A DNA stretch of 36,898 nucleotides from Candidatus Omnitrophota bacterium (GTDB lineage: Bacteria; Omnitrophota; Gorgyraeia; 1-14-0-20-64-10). A program made the translations under genes and the position numbers. Location of the stretch: contig JAUSCU010000025.1 in the NCBI GenBank assembly GCA_030651065.1, positions 1-36,898 on the forward strand, in the 5' to 3' direction. The notes under the pieces were generated by a model. It was not told the DNA's origin. It made no database searches and saw nothing but the letters and a program-made list of their open reading frames with translations. The first letter of the stretch is position 1, and every line of letters begins with the position of its first letter. Positions 1-8,780 of the stretch are shown here, piece by piece.

Positions 1-339
1 CTTCTCGTAAAAGCGCTGGGTGCGGACCAGGTGGTCCTTGTGAAAGAAGCGGGAATCCTCCCGGCTGAAGATGCGGGGACCTAAGTGGTAGCCGATCGCG
101 TAACCGGTGCTGTCGCCGGCGATGGCGGCCACGCAGAGCAGACCGATCAGCGGCAGGATGTTCAGGGGACCGCCGGGCGCCGCGGCGATGAGACCGGCAG
201 TCACCAGCAGGGAGTCGCCCGGAAGGAAGAAACCGGCCAGCAGCCCGGTCTCGGCGAAGACGATGATAAACAGCGCCGTGTAGCCGCCGGCCCGGATCAG
301 CTCGTCAAAATGGTAAAGGTTGGAGAGAATTTCCAGCAT
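1..339 (-). CDS. dedA: DedA/VTT family membrane protein (5' part; runs off the window)
   Basis: Not in the ORF track. Manual translation gives MLEILSNLYHFDELIRAGGYTALFIIVFAETGLLAGFFLPGDSLLVTAG...AIAGDSTGYAIG...TQRFYEK, with the DedA FAETG/FLPGDSLL and GDxxGY motifs. Confidence 0.92.
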   Translation of the reverse strand, partial: MLEILSNLYHFDELIRAGGYTALFIIVFAETGLLAGFFLPGDSLLVTAGLIAAAPGGPLNILPLIGLLCVAAIAGDSTGYAIGYHLGPRIFSREDSRFFHKDHLVRTQRFYEK

Positions 340-371
340 GGCGCTCATCTTAGCATGATAGGATCAGACCG

Positions 372-968
372 ATGATGAACTCTCTGAGGCGCTATTTCGT
401 GGCGGGGCTGGCGACCCTCTTCCCGGTCGCGGTCACCCTCCTCGTGGTGATCAAACTGTTCCAGTTCTCCGAGGGCTGGGCCCACCGCCTCTTCGGTTTC
501 ACGGTCCCAGGGCTTGGGCTGCTGATCACCGTTTCCATCATCCTGGCGGTCGGTTTTCTCTCCACACACGTGATCGGCCGGCTGATCTTCCCCACCCTGG
601 ACACCCTGTTAGGCCGGATCCCTCTGATCAAGAGCATCTACCCGGCCCTTAAGCAGCTGACACAATTTCTGTTCCAGCAAGGCCAGGGAGCCTCCATGCT
701 GCGGCAAGTGGTGCTGGTGGAGTATCCCAAGACCGGGATCTACTCGCCGGCTTTTGTCACGAACGAGATCCCGGCCCCGGCACTCGGAGGGAAAACGATG
801 CTGGCCCTGCTCATCCCCACGCCCCCCTCCCCGTTTAGCGGGCCGATGATCTTCGTTCCGAAAGAGTCGGTGATCCCGCTGGCTCTCTCGGTAGAGGAAG
901 CGCTGAAGATGGTGGTGTCGGGAGGGGTACTCTCTCTGCCGCTTAATTCCCCGCGAGGTGGTGCTTGA
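372..968 (+). CDS. DUF502 domain membrane protein
   Basis: RYFVAGL N-terminus, two TM segments, RIPLIKSIY, VVLVEYP, PTPPSPFSG, LSVEEALKMVVSGG are typical of DUF502. Confidence 0.88.
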   Translation: MMNSLRRYFVAGLATLFPVAVTLLVVIKLFQFSEGWAHRLFGFTVPGLGLLITVSIILAVGFLSTHVIGRLIFPTLDTLLGRIPLIKSIYPALKQLTQFLFQQGQGASMLRQVVLVEYPKTGIYSPAFVTNEIPAPALGGKTMLALLIPTPPSPFSGPMIFVPKESVIPLALSVEEALKMVVSGGVLSLPLNSPRGGA

Positions 969-1605
969 TCGTGGTGCCTTTGACCAGGTAGTAGACGTCC
1001 TCGGCAATGTTGGTGGCATGGTCGGCCACCCGCTCCAGGTGCCGGCCGATCAGGATCAGGTCCATCGCCCGCGTGATCGTTTTCGGGTCCTGCGCCATGT
1101 AGACCAACAGCTCGTGGTAGACTTCGTCGTTCAGGTGATCCACCTCGTCGTCCCGCCGGCAGACCTCCCGCGCTAGCTCCGCGTTCTGGTTCACGAAAGC
1201 ATCCAGCGAATCCTTGAGCATCTGCTGCGCGAGCACCGCCATCTTCGGGATGTCGATCAGGGGCTTGAGCAGCGGTTCCTTCAGTAAATCCAGCGTCCGC
1301 TCGCTGATGTTGACCGCCTGGTCCCCCACCCGCTCCAAATCGCTGACGATCTTGAAGATCATCGCCACCATCCTCAAATCCTTCGCCTCCGGCTGGTAGC
1401 GGGCCATGAGGCTCAGGCAGCTCTCCTCGATCTCCACCTCCAGCTGGTTGATGGCGGCGTCGTCGTTCCTCAAGAAACCGGCCAGTTTAGGATCCCGGTC
1501 CACCAGCGCCTTCACCGATTTCCCGACCGCCTGCTCGGCCAGCCCCGCCATGCTGAGCAGCCGTTCCTTGAGTGTTTTAAGCTCCTCGTCAAAGCGCCTC
1601 TGCAT
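943..1605 (-). CDS. phoU: Phosphate signalling complex protein PhoU
   Basis: Start at ATG 1605 (MQRRFDEEL) overlaps the pstB TGA. Contains DLERVGD and LERVADHATNIAE PhoU repeats. Confidence 0.96.
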   Translation of the reverse strand: MQRRFDEELKTLKERLLSMAGLAEQAVGKSVKALVDRDPKLAGFLRNDDAAINQLEVEIEESCLSLMARYQPEAKDLRMVAMIFKIVSDLERVGDQAVNISERTLDLLKEPLLKPLIDIPKMAVLAQQMLKDSLDAFVNQNAELAREVCRRDDEVDHLNDEVYHELLVYMAQDPKTITRAMDLILIGRHLERVADHATNIAEDVYYLVKGTTIKHHLAGN

Positions 1606-2393
1606 CAGCCAAACCTCCCCGTAATGTAAGCTTCCGTGCGGGAATTGGTGGGGTTGGTAAAAATCTTGGCCGTCAAAGCAAACTCCACCAACTCCCCCAG
1701 CAGCATGAAACCGGTATAGTCGGAGGCGCGGGCTGCCTGCTGCATGTTGTGGGTCACCAGCACCACCGTGTAGCTCTTCTTCAAATCCATCAAAAGCTCT
1801 TCGATCTTTGCGGTGGCGATCGGGTCCAGCGCCGAGCAAGGCTCGTCCAGCAGCAGCACCTCCGGGCCCACCGCCAACGTCCGCGCGATGCAGAGCCGCT
1901 GCTGCTGCCCTCCGGAAAGGGCCAGCGCGCTCTGCTTGAGCTTCTCCTTCACTTCGCCCCAGAGAGCGGCCTTGCGCAGGCTCTCCTCGACGATGGCATC
2001 CAGCTTGGAGCGGTCCTTCTCCCCGCAGAGGCGGGGTCCGAACGCGACGTTATCGTAGATGGATTTCGGGAACGGGTTTGGTTTCTGGAAGACCATGCCG
2101 ATCTGCAGCCGGACCTGGATCGGGTCCAGCGCCGGATCGTACAGGTTTTGTCCCTTGAAAGCGATCTGGCCCTCCACCCGGAAACCGGGGATCAGGTCGT
2201 TGATCCGGTTCAGGCAGCGGATCAGCGTGCTCTTGCCGCAACCGGAAGGGCCGATGATGGCGGTCACCCGTTTTTCGGGGATGGTCATGGAGACCCCCTT
2301 GAGGGCGTGGAAGGAGCCGTACCAGCTGTTCAGCCCCTGGATGGCGAACGCCTGGGTCAGTTCCTCTTGGGTCTCAACTGTTGCCGGGGTCAC
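1605..2393 (-). CDS. pstB: Phosphate ABC transporter ATP-binding protein
   Basis: GPSGCGKST Walker [33 protein letters not shown]-terminal YITGRFG. Confidence 0.98.
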   Translation of the reverse strand: MTPATVETQEELTQAFAIQGLNSWYGSFHALKGVSMTIPEKRVTAIIGPSGCGKSTLIRCLNRINDLIPGFRVEGQIAFKGQNLYDPALDPIQVRLQIGMVFQKPNPFPKSIYDNVAFGPRLCGEKDRSKLDAIVEESLRKAALWGEVKEKLKQSALALSGGQQQRLCIARTLAVGPEVLLLDEPCSALDPIATAKIEELLMDLKKSYTVVLVTHNMQQAARASDYTGFMLLGELVEFALTAKIFTNPTNSRTEAYITGRFG

Positions 2394-3271
2394 AGAGTCA
2401 TTCTCCTTTGGGTGCGGTGGCGCAGGAAGACAGCTACCGCGTTCATCGCCAGCAGGATCGCCAGCATCACCAGAATAGCAGCGGCAGCGCAGTTAAGGAA
2501 GGCCTTCTGAGGCCGGGAGACCCAGTTGAAGATCTGGATCGGAATAACGGTGAAGGGAGAGGTGAGGCCATCCGGCAGGAAAGCAATGTAGGTCAGCGCC
2601 CCAAGGGTGATCAGAGGAGAGGCCTCCCCAATGGCCCGGGAAAAGGCCAGGATGGAGCCGGTGAGCATCCCAGGGAAAGCCACCGGAAGGACCTGGTGCC
2701 AGACCGTCTGCCAGCGGCTGGCCCCCAGCGCGTAGGAGGCTTCCCGGATCGGGTTCGGCACGGTCCGGATCGCCTCTCGCGCCGCGATGATGATGATCGG
2801 CAGGACCAGCAGGGCCATCGTCAAGGCGCCGGCGATCAGCGACCTCCCCAACCCCATCGTCCGGACGAACAGCTCCAGCCCCAAAAGACCGTAGATCACA
2901 GAGGGAACACCGGCCAGGTTGGCGATGTTCACCTCCACGATGCGGGAGAACCAGTGCTTCTTGGCGTACTCTTCCAGGTAAATGGCCGCCCCCACTCCGA
3001 GAGGGAACGCGATCAGGATCGTCAGGATCATGAGATAAAAGGTGCCGGCCAGCGCGGAGAGGATGCCGGCCTGCTCCGGCTTGCGGGAGGGAAAATGGGT
3101 TAGGAAATCCCAATCCAGCCACCCGAGCCCGTCCCGCAGAACATCAAGCAGCAGCACCCCGAGGGTGCCGAGCGCGAAGAGCAGCGCTCCGCTCGCGGCG
3201 ATCTTGAAGATCCATTCCGCCCGCCGCCGTCTCGCGAGCAAATTCCGAAGAACTGCCCCCTCCAGCTTCAT
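2390..3271 (-). CDS. pstA: Phosphate ABC transporter permease PstA
   Basis: [40 protein letters not shown] motifs; operon position. Confidence 0.96.
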   Translation of the reverse strand: MKLEGAVLRNLLARRRRAEWIFKIAASGALLFALGTLGVLLLDVLRDGLGWLDWDFLTHFPSRKPEQAGILSALAGTFYLMILTILIAFPLGVGAAIYLEEYAKKHWFSRIVEVNIANLAGVPSVIYGLLGLELFVRTMGLGRSLIAGALTMALLVLPIIIIAAREAIRTVPNPIREASYALGASRWQTVWHQVLPVAFPGMLTGSILAFSRAIGEASPLITLGALTYIAFLPDGLTSPFTVIPIQIFNWVSRPQKAFLNCAAAAILVMLAILLAMNAVAVFLRHRTQRRMTL

Positions 3272-4176
3272 CCGTATTTCTCCGAAAACCGCTCGCGCAG
3301 GCCGTGGCTGAGCAGGTTCAAAACGAGCGTCGCCAGGAAAAGGGCCATGCCCACAGCGAAGATCGTCTTGTACTCGATGGTGCCGGTCGGCGTGTCGCCC
3401 AGGCTTACCTGAACGATGTAGGCGGTCATCGTTTCGACCGGATGCGTCGGATCCAGCGTCAGCCTCGGCTGCTGGCCGGCCGCGATCGCCACGATCATCG
3501 TCTCGCCGATCGCTCGGGAGACCGCCAACAGGAAGGAGGCCGCGATCCCGGAAAAGGCCGAGGGCACCACGACGCCGAACGCGGTCTGCAGGCGGGAAGC
3601 GCCCAGCGCTTGGGCCGCCTCCCTCAGATTTTGCGGCACCGCGTACATGGCATCCTCGCTCAAGGAGGAAATCATCGGGATGATCATGATCCCCATCACG
3701 ATGCCGGGGCTCAAGGCGTTGAAGCCGGCCATGCCGGGGATAAACCTCTGGAGCAACGGCGTCACGAACAAGAGCGCGAAATAGCCGTAGACGACTGTTG
3801 GGATGCCGGCCAGGATCTCCAGCACCGGCTTGACCGTCCCGCGTAGTCTGTCCCCCGCGTACTCGCTCAAAAAGACGGCGGTCAGGAGGCCGACCGGCAT
3901 CGCCACCGCGATGGCGATCGCGGCCGTGAGGAAGGTGCCGCAGGCCAAGGGCAGGATGCCGAAATGTTTATCGGAAAAAAGGGGCGTCCATTGGGTGTCG
4001 GTCAGGAAGCTCCACAGAGGGACCTCCCTGAAGAACTCGATCGTCTCGAACAGGAGGACCCCGACGATCCCCAGCGTGGTAAAGACGGAGACCGCCGCGC
4101 AAAAGAACAGGACAGCCTGCACCAGCCGTTCCTGCGTCTTCCGCCGCGGCGGCCGTTTTCGAATGGTTTCCGTCAA
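3268..4176 (-). CDS. pstC: Phosphate ABC transporter permease PstC
   Basis: [25 protein letters not shown] motifs; TTG start; 4-nt overlap with pstA. Confidence 0.96.
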   Translation of the reverse strand: MTETIRKRPPRRKTQERLVQAVLFFCAAVSVFTTLGIVGVLLFETIEFFREVPLWSFLTDTQWTPLFSDKHFGILPLACGTFLTAAIAIAVAMPVGLLTAVFLSEYAGDRLRGTVKPVLEILAGIPTVVYGYFALLFVTPLLQRFIPGMAGFNALSPGIVMGIMIIPMISSLSEDAMYAVPQNLREAAQALGASRLQTAFGVVVPSAFSGIAASFLLAVSRAIGETMIVAIAAGQQPRLTLDPTHPVETMTAYIVQVSLGDTPTGTIEYKTIFAVGMALFLATLVLNLLSHGLRERFSEKYG

Positions 4177-4200
4177 GGCACCCCTTTTCTCAAAAAACGC

Positions 4201-4239
4201 GAGCCCCCCTTCTCCGGAGGGAGGGAGAAGGAGGGTCTC
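4201..4239 (-). terminator. Intergenic stem-loop between pstS and pstC (attenuating or mRNA-stabilising hairpin)
   Basis: Inverted repeat CTTCTCC...GGAGAAG with flanking GAG-CCC/GGG-TCTC pairing, directly after the pstS stop. Confidence 0.55.
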
Positions 4240-4241
4240 GC

Positions 4242-5243
4242 TTACTTCAACAGATCGGCTAGAGTCGTTCCCGGCTTCGGCTTCTTGGCGAAAACAGTCC
4301 CGGTCTTCCGGCTTCCAAACCGGTCCATCGCCAGCTGGTACACCTGGGAGGGAAGCGAGATGTACCCTACTTCCTTCACCAGCTCCGGCGCGTTGTCCAG
4401 ATAGAAGCGGACGAATTCATCCACCTCCGGCCGGTCCGCCGCTTTCGCGCTGACATAGATGAAAATCGGCCGGGCCAGCGGCTGGTAAGTCCCCCCTTCC
4501 ACCGTCTCCGTGGAGGGCAGGATCGGCCCCGCGCCGTTGGAGGAATCCTGATCGTCAACCGCCACCAGCTTGAGCCGGTCCTTGTTGTGCTCGTAGTAGG
4601 CCAGCCCGAAATATCCCAGCGCCAAGGGATCGCTGGCGATCCCCTGCACCAGGACGTTGTCGTCCTCGCTGGAGGTGAAGTCGCCCCGGCTGGACTGCGA
4701 CTTTCCGCAGATCACCTCGGTGAAGTAGTCGAACGTGCCGGAATCGGTGCCGGGCCCGAACAGGTGGATCTCATCCGACGGCCAGCCCGCCCGGATGTCG
4801 CTCCAGCGCATGATCTTCCCCTGCGCCGCCGGCTCCCAGAGCTTCTTGAGTTCTTTCACCGTGATGCTCTCGGCCCACGTGTTGCTCGGATGCACCAACA
4901 CGGCCAGCCCGTCGAAGGCGACCGGCAGCTCGATGTAATCGATCTTGTTTTTTACGGCCGCCGCATCCTCGGAGCTCTTGATCGGCCGGGAGGCGTCGGA
5001 GATGTCGGTCTCGCCGCGCGTGAACTTCTTGAACCCGCCGCCGGTGCCGGAGATGCCGACCGTCACCCGCACATCGGAGTTCTTGATCTGGAACTCCTCG
5101 GCCACCGCCTCGGTGATCGGATAGACCGTGCTCGACCCATCCACAGTGACACGGCCCTTCAGGTTCGCCGCGAAGGCAGGGACGACCGCCACCACTACTG
5201 CCAAGCCCGCCATCGCAATCTTTCGGATCGTTCTCTCGTTCAT
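4242..5243 (-). CDS. pstS: Phosphate ABC transporter substrate-binding protein PstS
   Basis: Signal peptide (...PAFA/AN), [38 protein letters not shown]. Confidence 0.96.
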   Translation of the reverse strand: MNERTIRKIAMAGLAVVVAVVPAFAANLKGRVTVDGSSTVYPITEAVAEEFQIKNSDVRVTVGISGTGGGFKKFTRGETDISDASRPIKSSEDAAAVKNKIDYIELPVAFDGLAVLVHPSNTWAESITVKELKKLWEPAAQGKIMRWSDIRAGWPSDEIHLFGPGTDSGTFDYFTEVICGKSQSSRGDFTSSEDDNVLVQGIASDPLALGYFGLAYYEHNKDRLKLVAVDDQDSSNGAGPILPSTETVEGGTYQPLARPIFIYVSAKAADRPEVDEFVRFYLDNAPELVKEVGYISLPSQVYQLAMDRFGSRKTGTVFAKKPKPGTTLADLLK

Positions 5244-5289
5244 CTTTTTCTTTCTCCTGTTCGAAGCCTACAGCACCCGGATGTGGAAC

Positions 5290-5319
5290 TTATAGAGGTC
5301 CTGTAAGGTTTTTGTAAGG
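5290..5319 (-). promoter_or_regulatory. Pho-box-like direct repeat and -10 element upstream of pstS
   Basis: Minus strand reads CCTTACAAAAA-CCTTACAGGAC-CTCTATAAGT: TTACA repeats exactly 11 bp apart followed by a TATAAG -10-like hexamer. Confidence 0.75.
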
Positions 5320-5323
5320 CGCC

Positions 5324-6628
5324 TCAGAACTTCATCTGCAGGTCGGCCTGGAACGTGTCGTGGTGCGCCTGGGACCCCTCGATCTCGTCGGTCCGGAAGT
5401 ACTTCAGGCCGACGCTGGCCCACTCGTTGAGGCCCATCGAAGCGTACAGGATGTGCCCCTTGTGGTTGGTGCCACCGGTCCCGAAGTCGGAATCAGAGAT
5501 GGCGCCGAACGCGGCGTCCGACTCCAGCCGCTTGTAGGAGTACCCGGTTTGCCAGCTCCCGAACTTCTCGGTCACCTTGCCCACGTCCAGTCCGGCCATC
5601 CAGCCGCCGTTGTCGTCCTTGGCGCCGGTGTTGTGGACGTAATCCCCGCGGAGCGACACCGGCTGGCCGAGGATTTTCGGAAGTGACAGGTGATTCGTGA
5701 ACGTCACCATGTCGTAGTCGTCCCGGAAGTACCCACGCTCGACCGTGTTCCGGGTGGAGGCGGCGGTGATGTCGGAAGTCTGCTTGCCCTCGACGCCGGT
5801 CATCTCGTGGTAGGCGCCCGCGGTCTTCAGCTTCATCTTCATCGGAAGGGCGATCTCCGCGCCGCCCTGGAACACGAACAGGCCCGGGTCTCCGTAGTCG
5901 CCCGAGAGCTCTGAAAACGCGTAAGCGCCGGCGGTCAGAAACGGCTTGACCGACAGGATCCGGTCCAGACCGGGGACCGGGTCCGGGGCTTTCAGTTGCA
6001 CCGCGACTCCTTCCGGCGTCACGTCGCCGTCCCAGACCATCCCCTCCGAAACGGTGAAGAGGGGGTTTTCCATCTTTCCGCCGATCAGGCTCAAGCCCGA
6101 AAAGAGCCCGGAGCCGCCTTCCCAGGGAGTGTACTTGCCGTACGCCTGGTCTATGAAAATCGCCTTCTTGTCGAACGAGCTGCTGAAACTCTGGTTCGTG
6201 GAGGTGGGGTCTCCCGAGGCGCCGGAAGCCAGCTGCACACCAACTTCGAGCGTATCCACCGGAGTGGCGACGAACCCGAACCGGAGCCGGAACCGCTGCC
6301 GATTCCGATCCACCGCCGGTTCCCTCTTCTGGGTCTCATGCCTCAACCGAAGGTCCCCCTTCCACTTGACCTTGTCGAGCCAGGCGCCGCCCTTCATCCC
6401 CTTGGCAGTGTCCTTGACCTCTTCCGCCCGGGCCTTGGTCATCCGGGCCGATTCCTCCGCCACTTCCTGTTTGATCTCCCGCGCGTCCTCCCGGGAAAGA
6501 ACACCCTTCTTCACCAGCTTGTGGATCAGGATGTCCATCATTTCGTTCTCGCCCGCCCAGGCGGGAGTGGATCCCGCGGTCAGAACGCAGCCAAGGATAA
6601 AGGCTGTGAAGCGTGCAACCCGTTTCAT
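5324..6628 (-). CDS. Putative outer-membrane porin (likely phosphate-regulated)
   Basis: Start MKRVARF (ATG 6628, GGGGAG RBS). Signal peptide (...PAWA/GE), LIHKLVKKGVLSREDA coiled N-terminus, KGDLRLR...RFRLR beta-barrel start, DSDFGTGGTNHKG, terminal Phe (QADLQMKF). Confidence 0.85.
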   Translation of the reverse strand: MKRVARFTAFILGCVLTAGSTPAWAGENEMMDILIHKLVKKGVLSREDAREIKQEVAEESARMTKARAEEVKDTAKGMKGGAWLDKVKWKGDLRLRHETQKREPAVDRNRQRFRLRFGFVATPVDTLEVGVQLASGASGDPTSTNQSFSSSFDKKAIFIDQAYGKYTPWEGGSGLFSGLSLIGGKMENPLFTVSEGMVWDGDVTPEGVAVQLKAPDPVPGLDRILSVKPFLTAGAYAFSELSGDYGDPGLFVFQGGAEIALPMKMKLKTAGAYHEMTGVEGKQTSDITAASTRNTVERGYFRDDYDMVTFTNHLSLPKILGQPVSLRGDYVHNTGAKDDNGGWMAGLDVGKVTEKFGSWQTGYSYKRLESDAAFGAISDSDFGTGGTNHKGHILYASMGLNEWASVGLKYFRTDEIEGSQAHHDTFQADLQMKF

Positions 6629-6846
6629 CGAATCTCCCCTCCTTGATTTAAAAGTCTCGGATCCAACGCGTCCAACCGGCCGCGGCTGGTTTCGATCAGT
6701 TCCCGCGCGACCCTCCGCAGCGTGCTCCGGCAATAGGTCAGATCCTCTTCGGACCAACTCCCCTGGCTTTCCAGGTAATGAAGCAGCGCTTGAAGGACCT
6801 GCAGCTGGCTCCGGATTTCCTGGATCAGTTTCTCTGCTTCGTGCAT
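6625..6846 (-). CDS. Small helical hypothetical protein (73 aa) translationally coupled to the porin
   Basis: AAAGGAGAG RBS before the ATG; TGA overlaps the porin ATG (ATGA); lies directly below the second Pho-box-like repeat. Confidence 0.7.
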   Translation of the reverse strand: MHEAEKLIQEIRSQLQVLQALLHYLESQGSWSEEDLTYCRSTLRRVARELIETSRGRLDALDPRLLNQGGEIR

Positions 6847-6909
6847 TCGCTCTCTCCTTTTCTCTTTTTTTGGATTCAGGGAGAGTGTATGCGCGGGGCG
6901 TCAGGGAGC

Positions 6910-6937
6910 GGTGAGGAAGATGTAAAGATGCTGTAAG
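6910..6937 (-). promoter_or_regulatory. Pho-box-like direct repeats upstream of the 73-aa ORF/porin
   Basis: Minus strand reads CTTACAGCATC-TTTACATCTTC-CTCACC: two TTACA plus one degenerate repeat at 11-bp periodicity, with TACACT further downstream. Confidence 0.72.
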
Positions 6938-6950
6938 TTACGAAAGGGGG

Positions 6951-8075
6951 CTATGCGAGAGGGAACATGAGCGTGAAGCGGGAGCCGAGCCCAAGCCGGC
7001 TCTCGACTTCGACGGAGCCGCCGTGCGCCTCCGCGATGTGCTTGATGATCGAAAGCCCGAGGCCGGTGCCGCCGGTTTCGCGGGAACGGCCCTTGTCCAC
7101 CCGGTAGAACCGCTCGAAGATGCGCGCGAGGTCTTCCGGCGGAATCCCGATGCCGGTGTCCTCCACCTCGATCCGGCAAACACCCGAATCAGAAAAGGCC
7201 TTGAGCGTCACCCGCCCGCCGGGCCGGTTGTACTGGATCGCGTTGTCCAGAAGGTTGCCCACCGCTTGCGCAAGATGTTCGCGGTCGGCAGGCAGGGCCA
7301 ACCCGGGAGGAACCGGCTCCAAATTCAGGGAAACCGCGCGGGACCGCGCGGCGGGCTGGTGCCGTGCCACCTCTTTTTCCAAAAAGGCCTGGAGCGCTAT
7401 TGTCTCCGGCCGGATCTCCTCTTGCTTGGATTCGACCTGGGCCAGCGTCAGCAGGTCATCCACCAGCCGGCGCAGGCGGCCCGACTCCTCGGCGATGGAC
7501 TCCACGAACGGCTTGCCCCGGTCGGCGTCTTTGAGCGCCCCACCCAGCAGCGTTTCCACCGCGCCCTGGATGGCGGTCAGCGGGGTTTTCAGTTCATGCG
7601 AAACGTTGGCGACAAAATCCCGGCGGAGGTTCTCGAGGCGCTTCAAATCGGTGATGTCATGGAAGACCAGCAAAACGGCCGGGCCCGCAGGGGACCGGCA
7701 GATGTCCCCCCGCACCCGAAGATGGCGCTCCGAGGGGGAATAGAGCGTGAGGTCTCTGGAGCGGGGACGGCCCCCGGCCCGAACCTGTTCGATCATCTCC
7801 TGGAGCACCGGGTGCCGGATCAGGTCGCCGGAGCGGGTGCCGGGGGGAACCTCCCCTTCTAGTCCCAAGATGTTCCGGGCGGCCGGGTTGATTGCCAGGA
7901 TGGCTCCGTCGGGCCCTTCTACCAAAACCCCTTCGGTCATCCCTTCCAGGATCCCCTCCAGCTGGCTGCGCTGCGCCTCTAAGTCCCGGATCTGCGCTTG
8001 CAGCTGGACCGCCATGGAATTGAGCGTTTCGGCCAGCTTCTCCGTTTTTCTTTTACGCCGCAGAAATTCGAACAA
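6951..8075 (-). CDS. phoR: PhoR-type sensor histidine kinase (PAS-HisKA-HATPase, no TM segment)
   Basis: DFVANVSHELKTPLT H-box, NLLDNAIQY, DTGIGIP, FERFYRVDKGRSRETGGTGLGLSI; adjacent to phoB and pst. Confidence 0.92.
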   Translation of the reverse strand: MFEFLRRKRKTEKLAETLNSMAVQLQAQIRDLEAQRSQLEGILEGMTEGVLVEGPDGAILAINPAARNILGLEGEVPPGTRSGDLIRHPVLQEMIEQVRAGGRPRSRDLTLYSPSERHLRVRGDICRSPAGPAVLLVFHDITDLKRLENLRRDFVANVSHELKTPLTAIQGAVETLLGGALKDADRGKPFVESIAEESGRLRRLVDDLLTLAQVESKQEEIRPETIALQAFLEKEVARHQPAARSRAVSLNLEPVPPGLALPADREHLAQAVGNLLDNAIQYNRPGGRVTLKAFSDSGVCRIEVEDTGIGIPPEDLARIFERFYRVDKGRSRETGGTGLGLSIIKHIAEAHGGSVEVESRLGLGSRFTLMFPLA

Positions 8076-8077
8076 CC

Positions 8078-8779
8078 CTATTCCTCGTCCGGCATCCGGA
8101 ACCGGTAGCCGGCGCCGGTGACGGTGAGGATCTGCTTCCCGGGTGTGCCCAATTTCTGGCGGAGCTGGCTGATGTGCAGATCTACCGTCCGGCTCTGGAT
8201 CTCCGAGGCCTGATCGTACCCCCAGACCTTCTCCAGCAGCATCTCCCGGGAAAGGACGCGGCCGGAGGCCTCCACGAGCACCTTGAGCAGCTCGAATTCT
8301 TTCGGCGTCAGCTCCACCAGTTTTTTCTTGGACTTAACCTTGCGCCGATCCCAATCCACCTCGATCTCCCATCCCTTCCAGAGGGTAGGCGCCTCCGAGG
8401 ATTGGCCCCGCCTCAACACCGCCTTCACGCGGGCCGCCAGCTCCCGAACGCTGAACGGTTTGGCAACGTAGTCGTCCGCCCCCATCTCCAGGCCGACCAC
8501 CCGGTCCGCTTCCTGCGTCTTGGCGGTCAGCATGATGATGGGGATGCGGGCCGTCTTGGGGTCCGATTTCAACTGGCGGCAGACCTCCAGCCCGTCTGTT
8601 TTGGGGAGCATCAGGTCGAGGATGACGAGGTCGGGAAGTTCTTTGCGGGCTTTCGCGAGCCCCTCTTCCCCATCCCGGGCGGTGATCACCTGGTACCCTT
8701 CCCGCTCCAGGTTGTAGAGAACCACCTTGGCGATGTTCTTCTCGTCTTCGACGAGGAGGATCTTATGGCGAGGTTTCAT
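8078..8779 (-). CDS. phoB: OmpR/PhoB family response regulator
   Basis: Start MKPRHKILLVEDE; LDLMLP, IMLTAK, GADDYVAKPF, winged helix SRTVDLHISQLRQKL...GAGYRF. Confidence 0.92.
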   Translation of the reverse strand: MKPRHKILLVEDEKNIAKVVLYNLEREGYQVITARDGEEGLAKARKELPDLVILDLMLPKTDGLEVCRQLKSDPKTARIPIIMLTAKTQEADRVVGLEMGADDYVAKPFSVRELAARVKAVLRRGQSSEAPTLWKGWEIEVDWDRRKVKSKKKLVELTPKEFELLKVLVEASGRVLSREMLLEKVWGYDQASEIQSRTVDLHISQLRQKLGTPGKQILTVTGAGYRFRMPDEE

Positions 8780-8780
8780 T

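Noticed and set aside
85-375. 96-aa + strand ORF and the many other long antisense or alternate-frame ORFs in the track
   Set aside because: These are shadows of real genes (here dedA) caused by high GC content, with no recognisable motifs.
1606-1839. Extended N-termini given by the ORF track for phoU (also the porin, phoB, the acetate-CoA ligase, the peptidase-GNAT and DCC1)
   Set aside because: They overlap neighbouring genes, promoters or the tRNA; downstream ATGs fit the family N-termini and the RBS/-10 signals.
6270-6312. Short periodic repeat (GAACCC/GAACCG/GAGCCG)
   Set aside because: It is simply the coding sequence for the alternating RFRLRF beta-strand of the porin.
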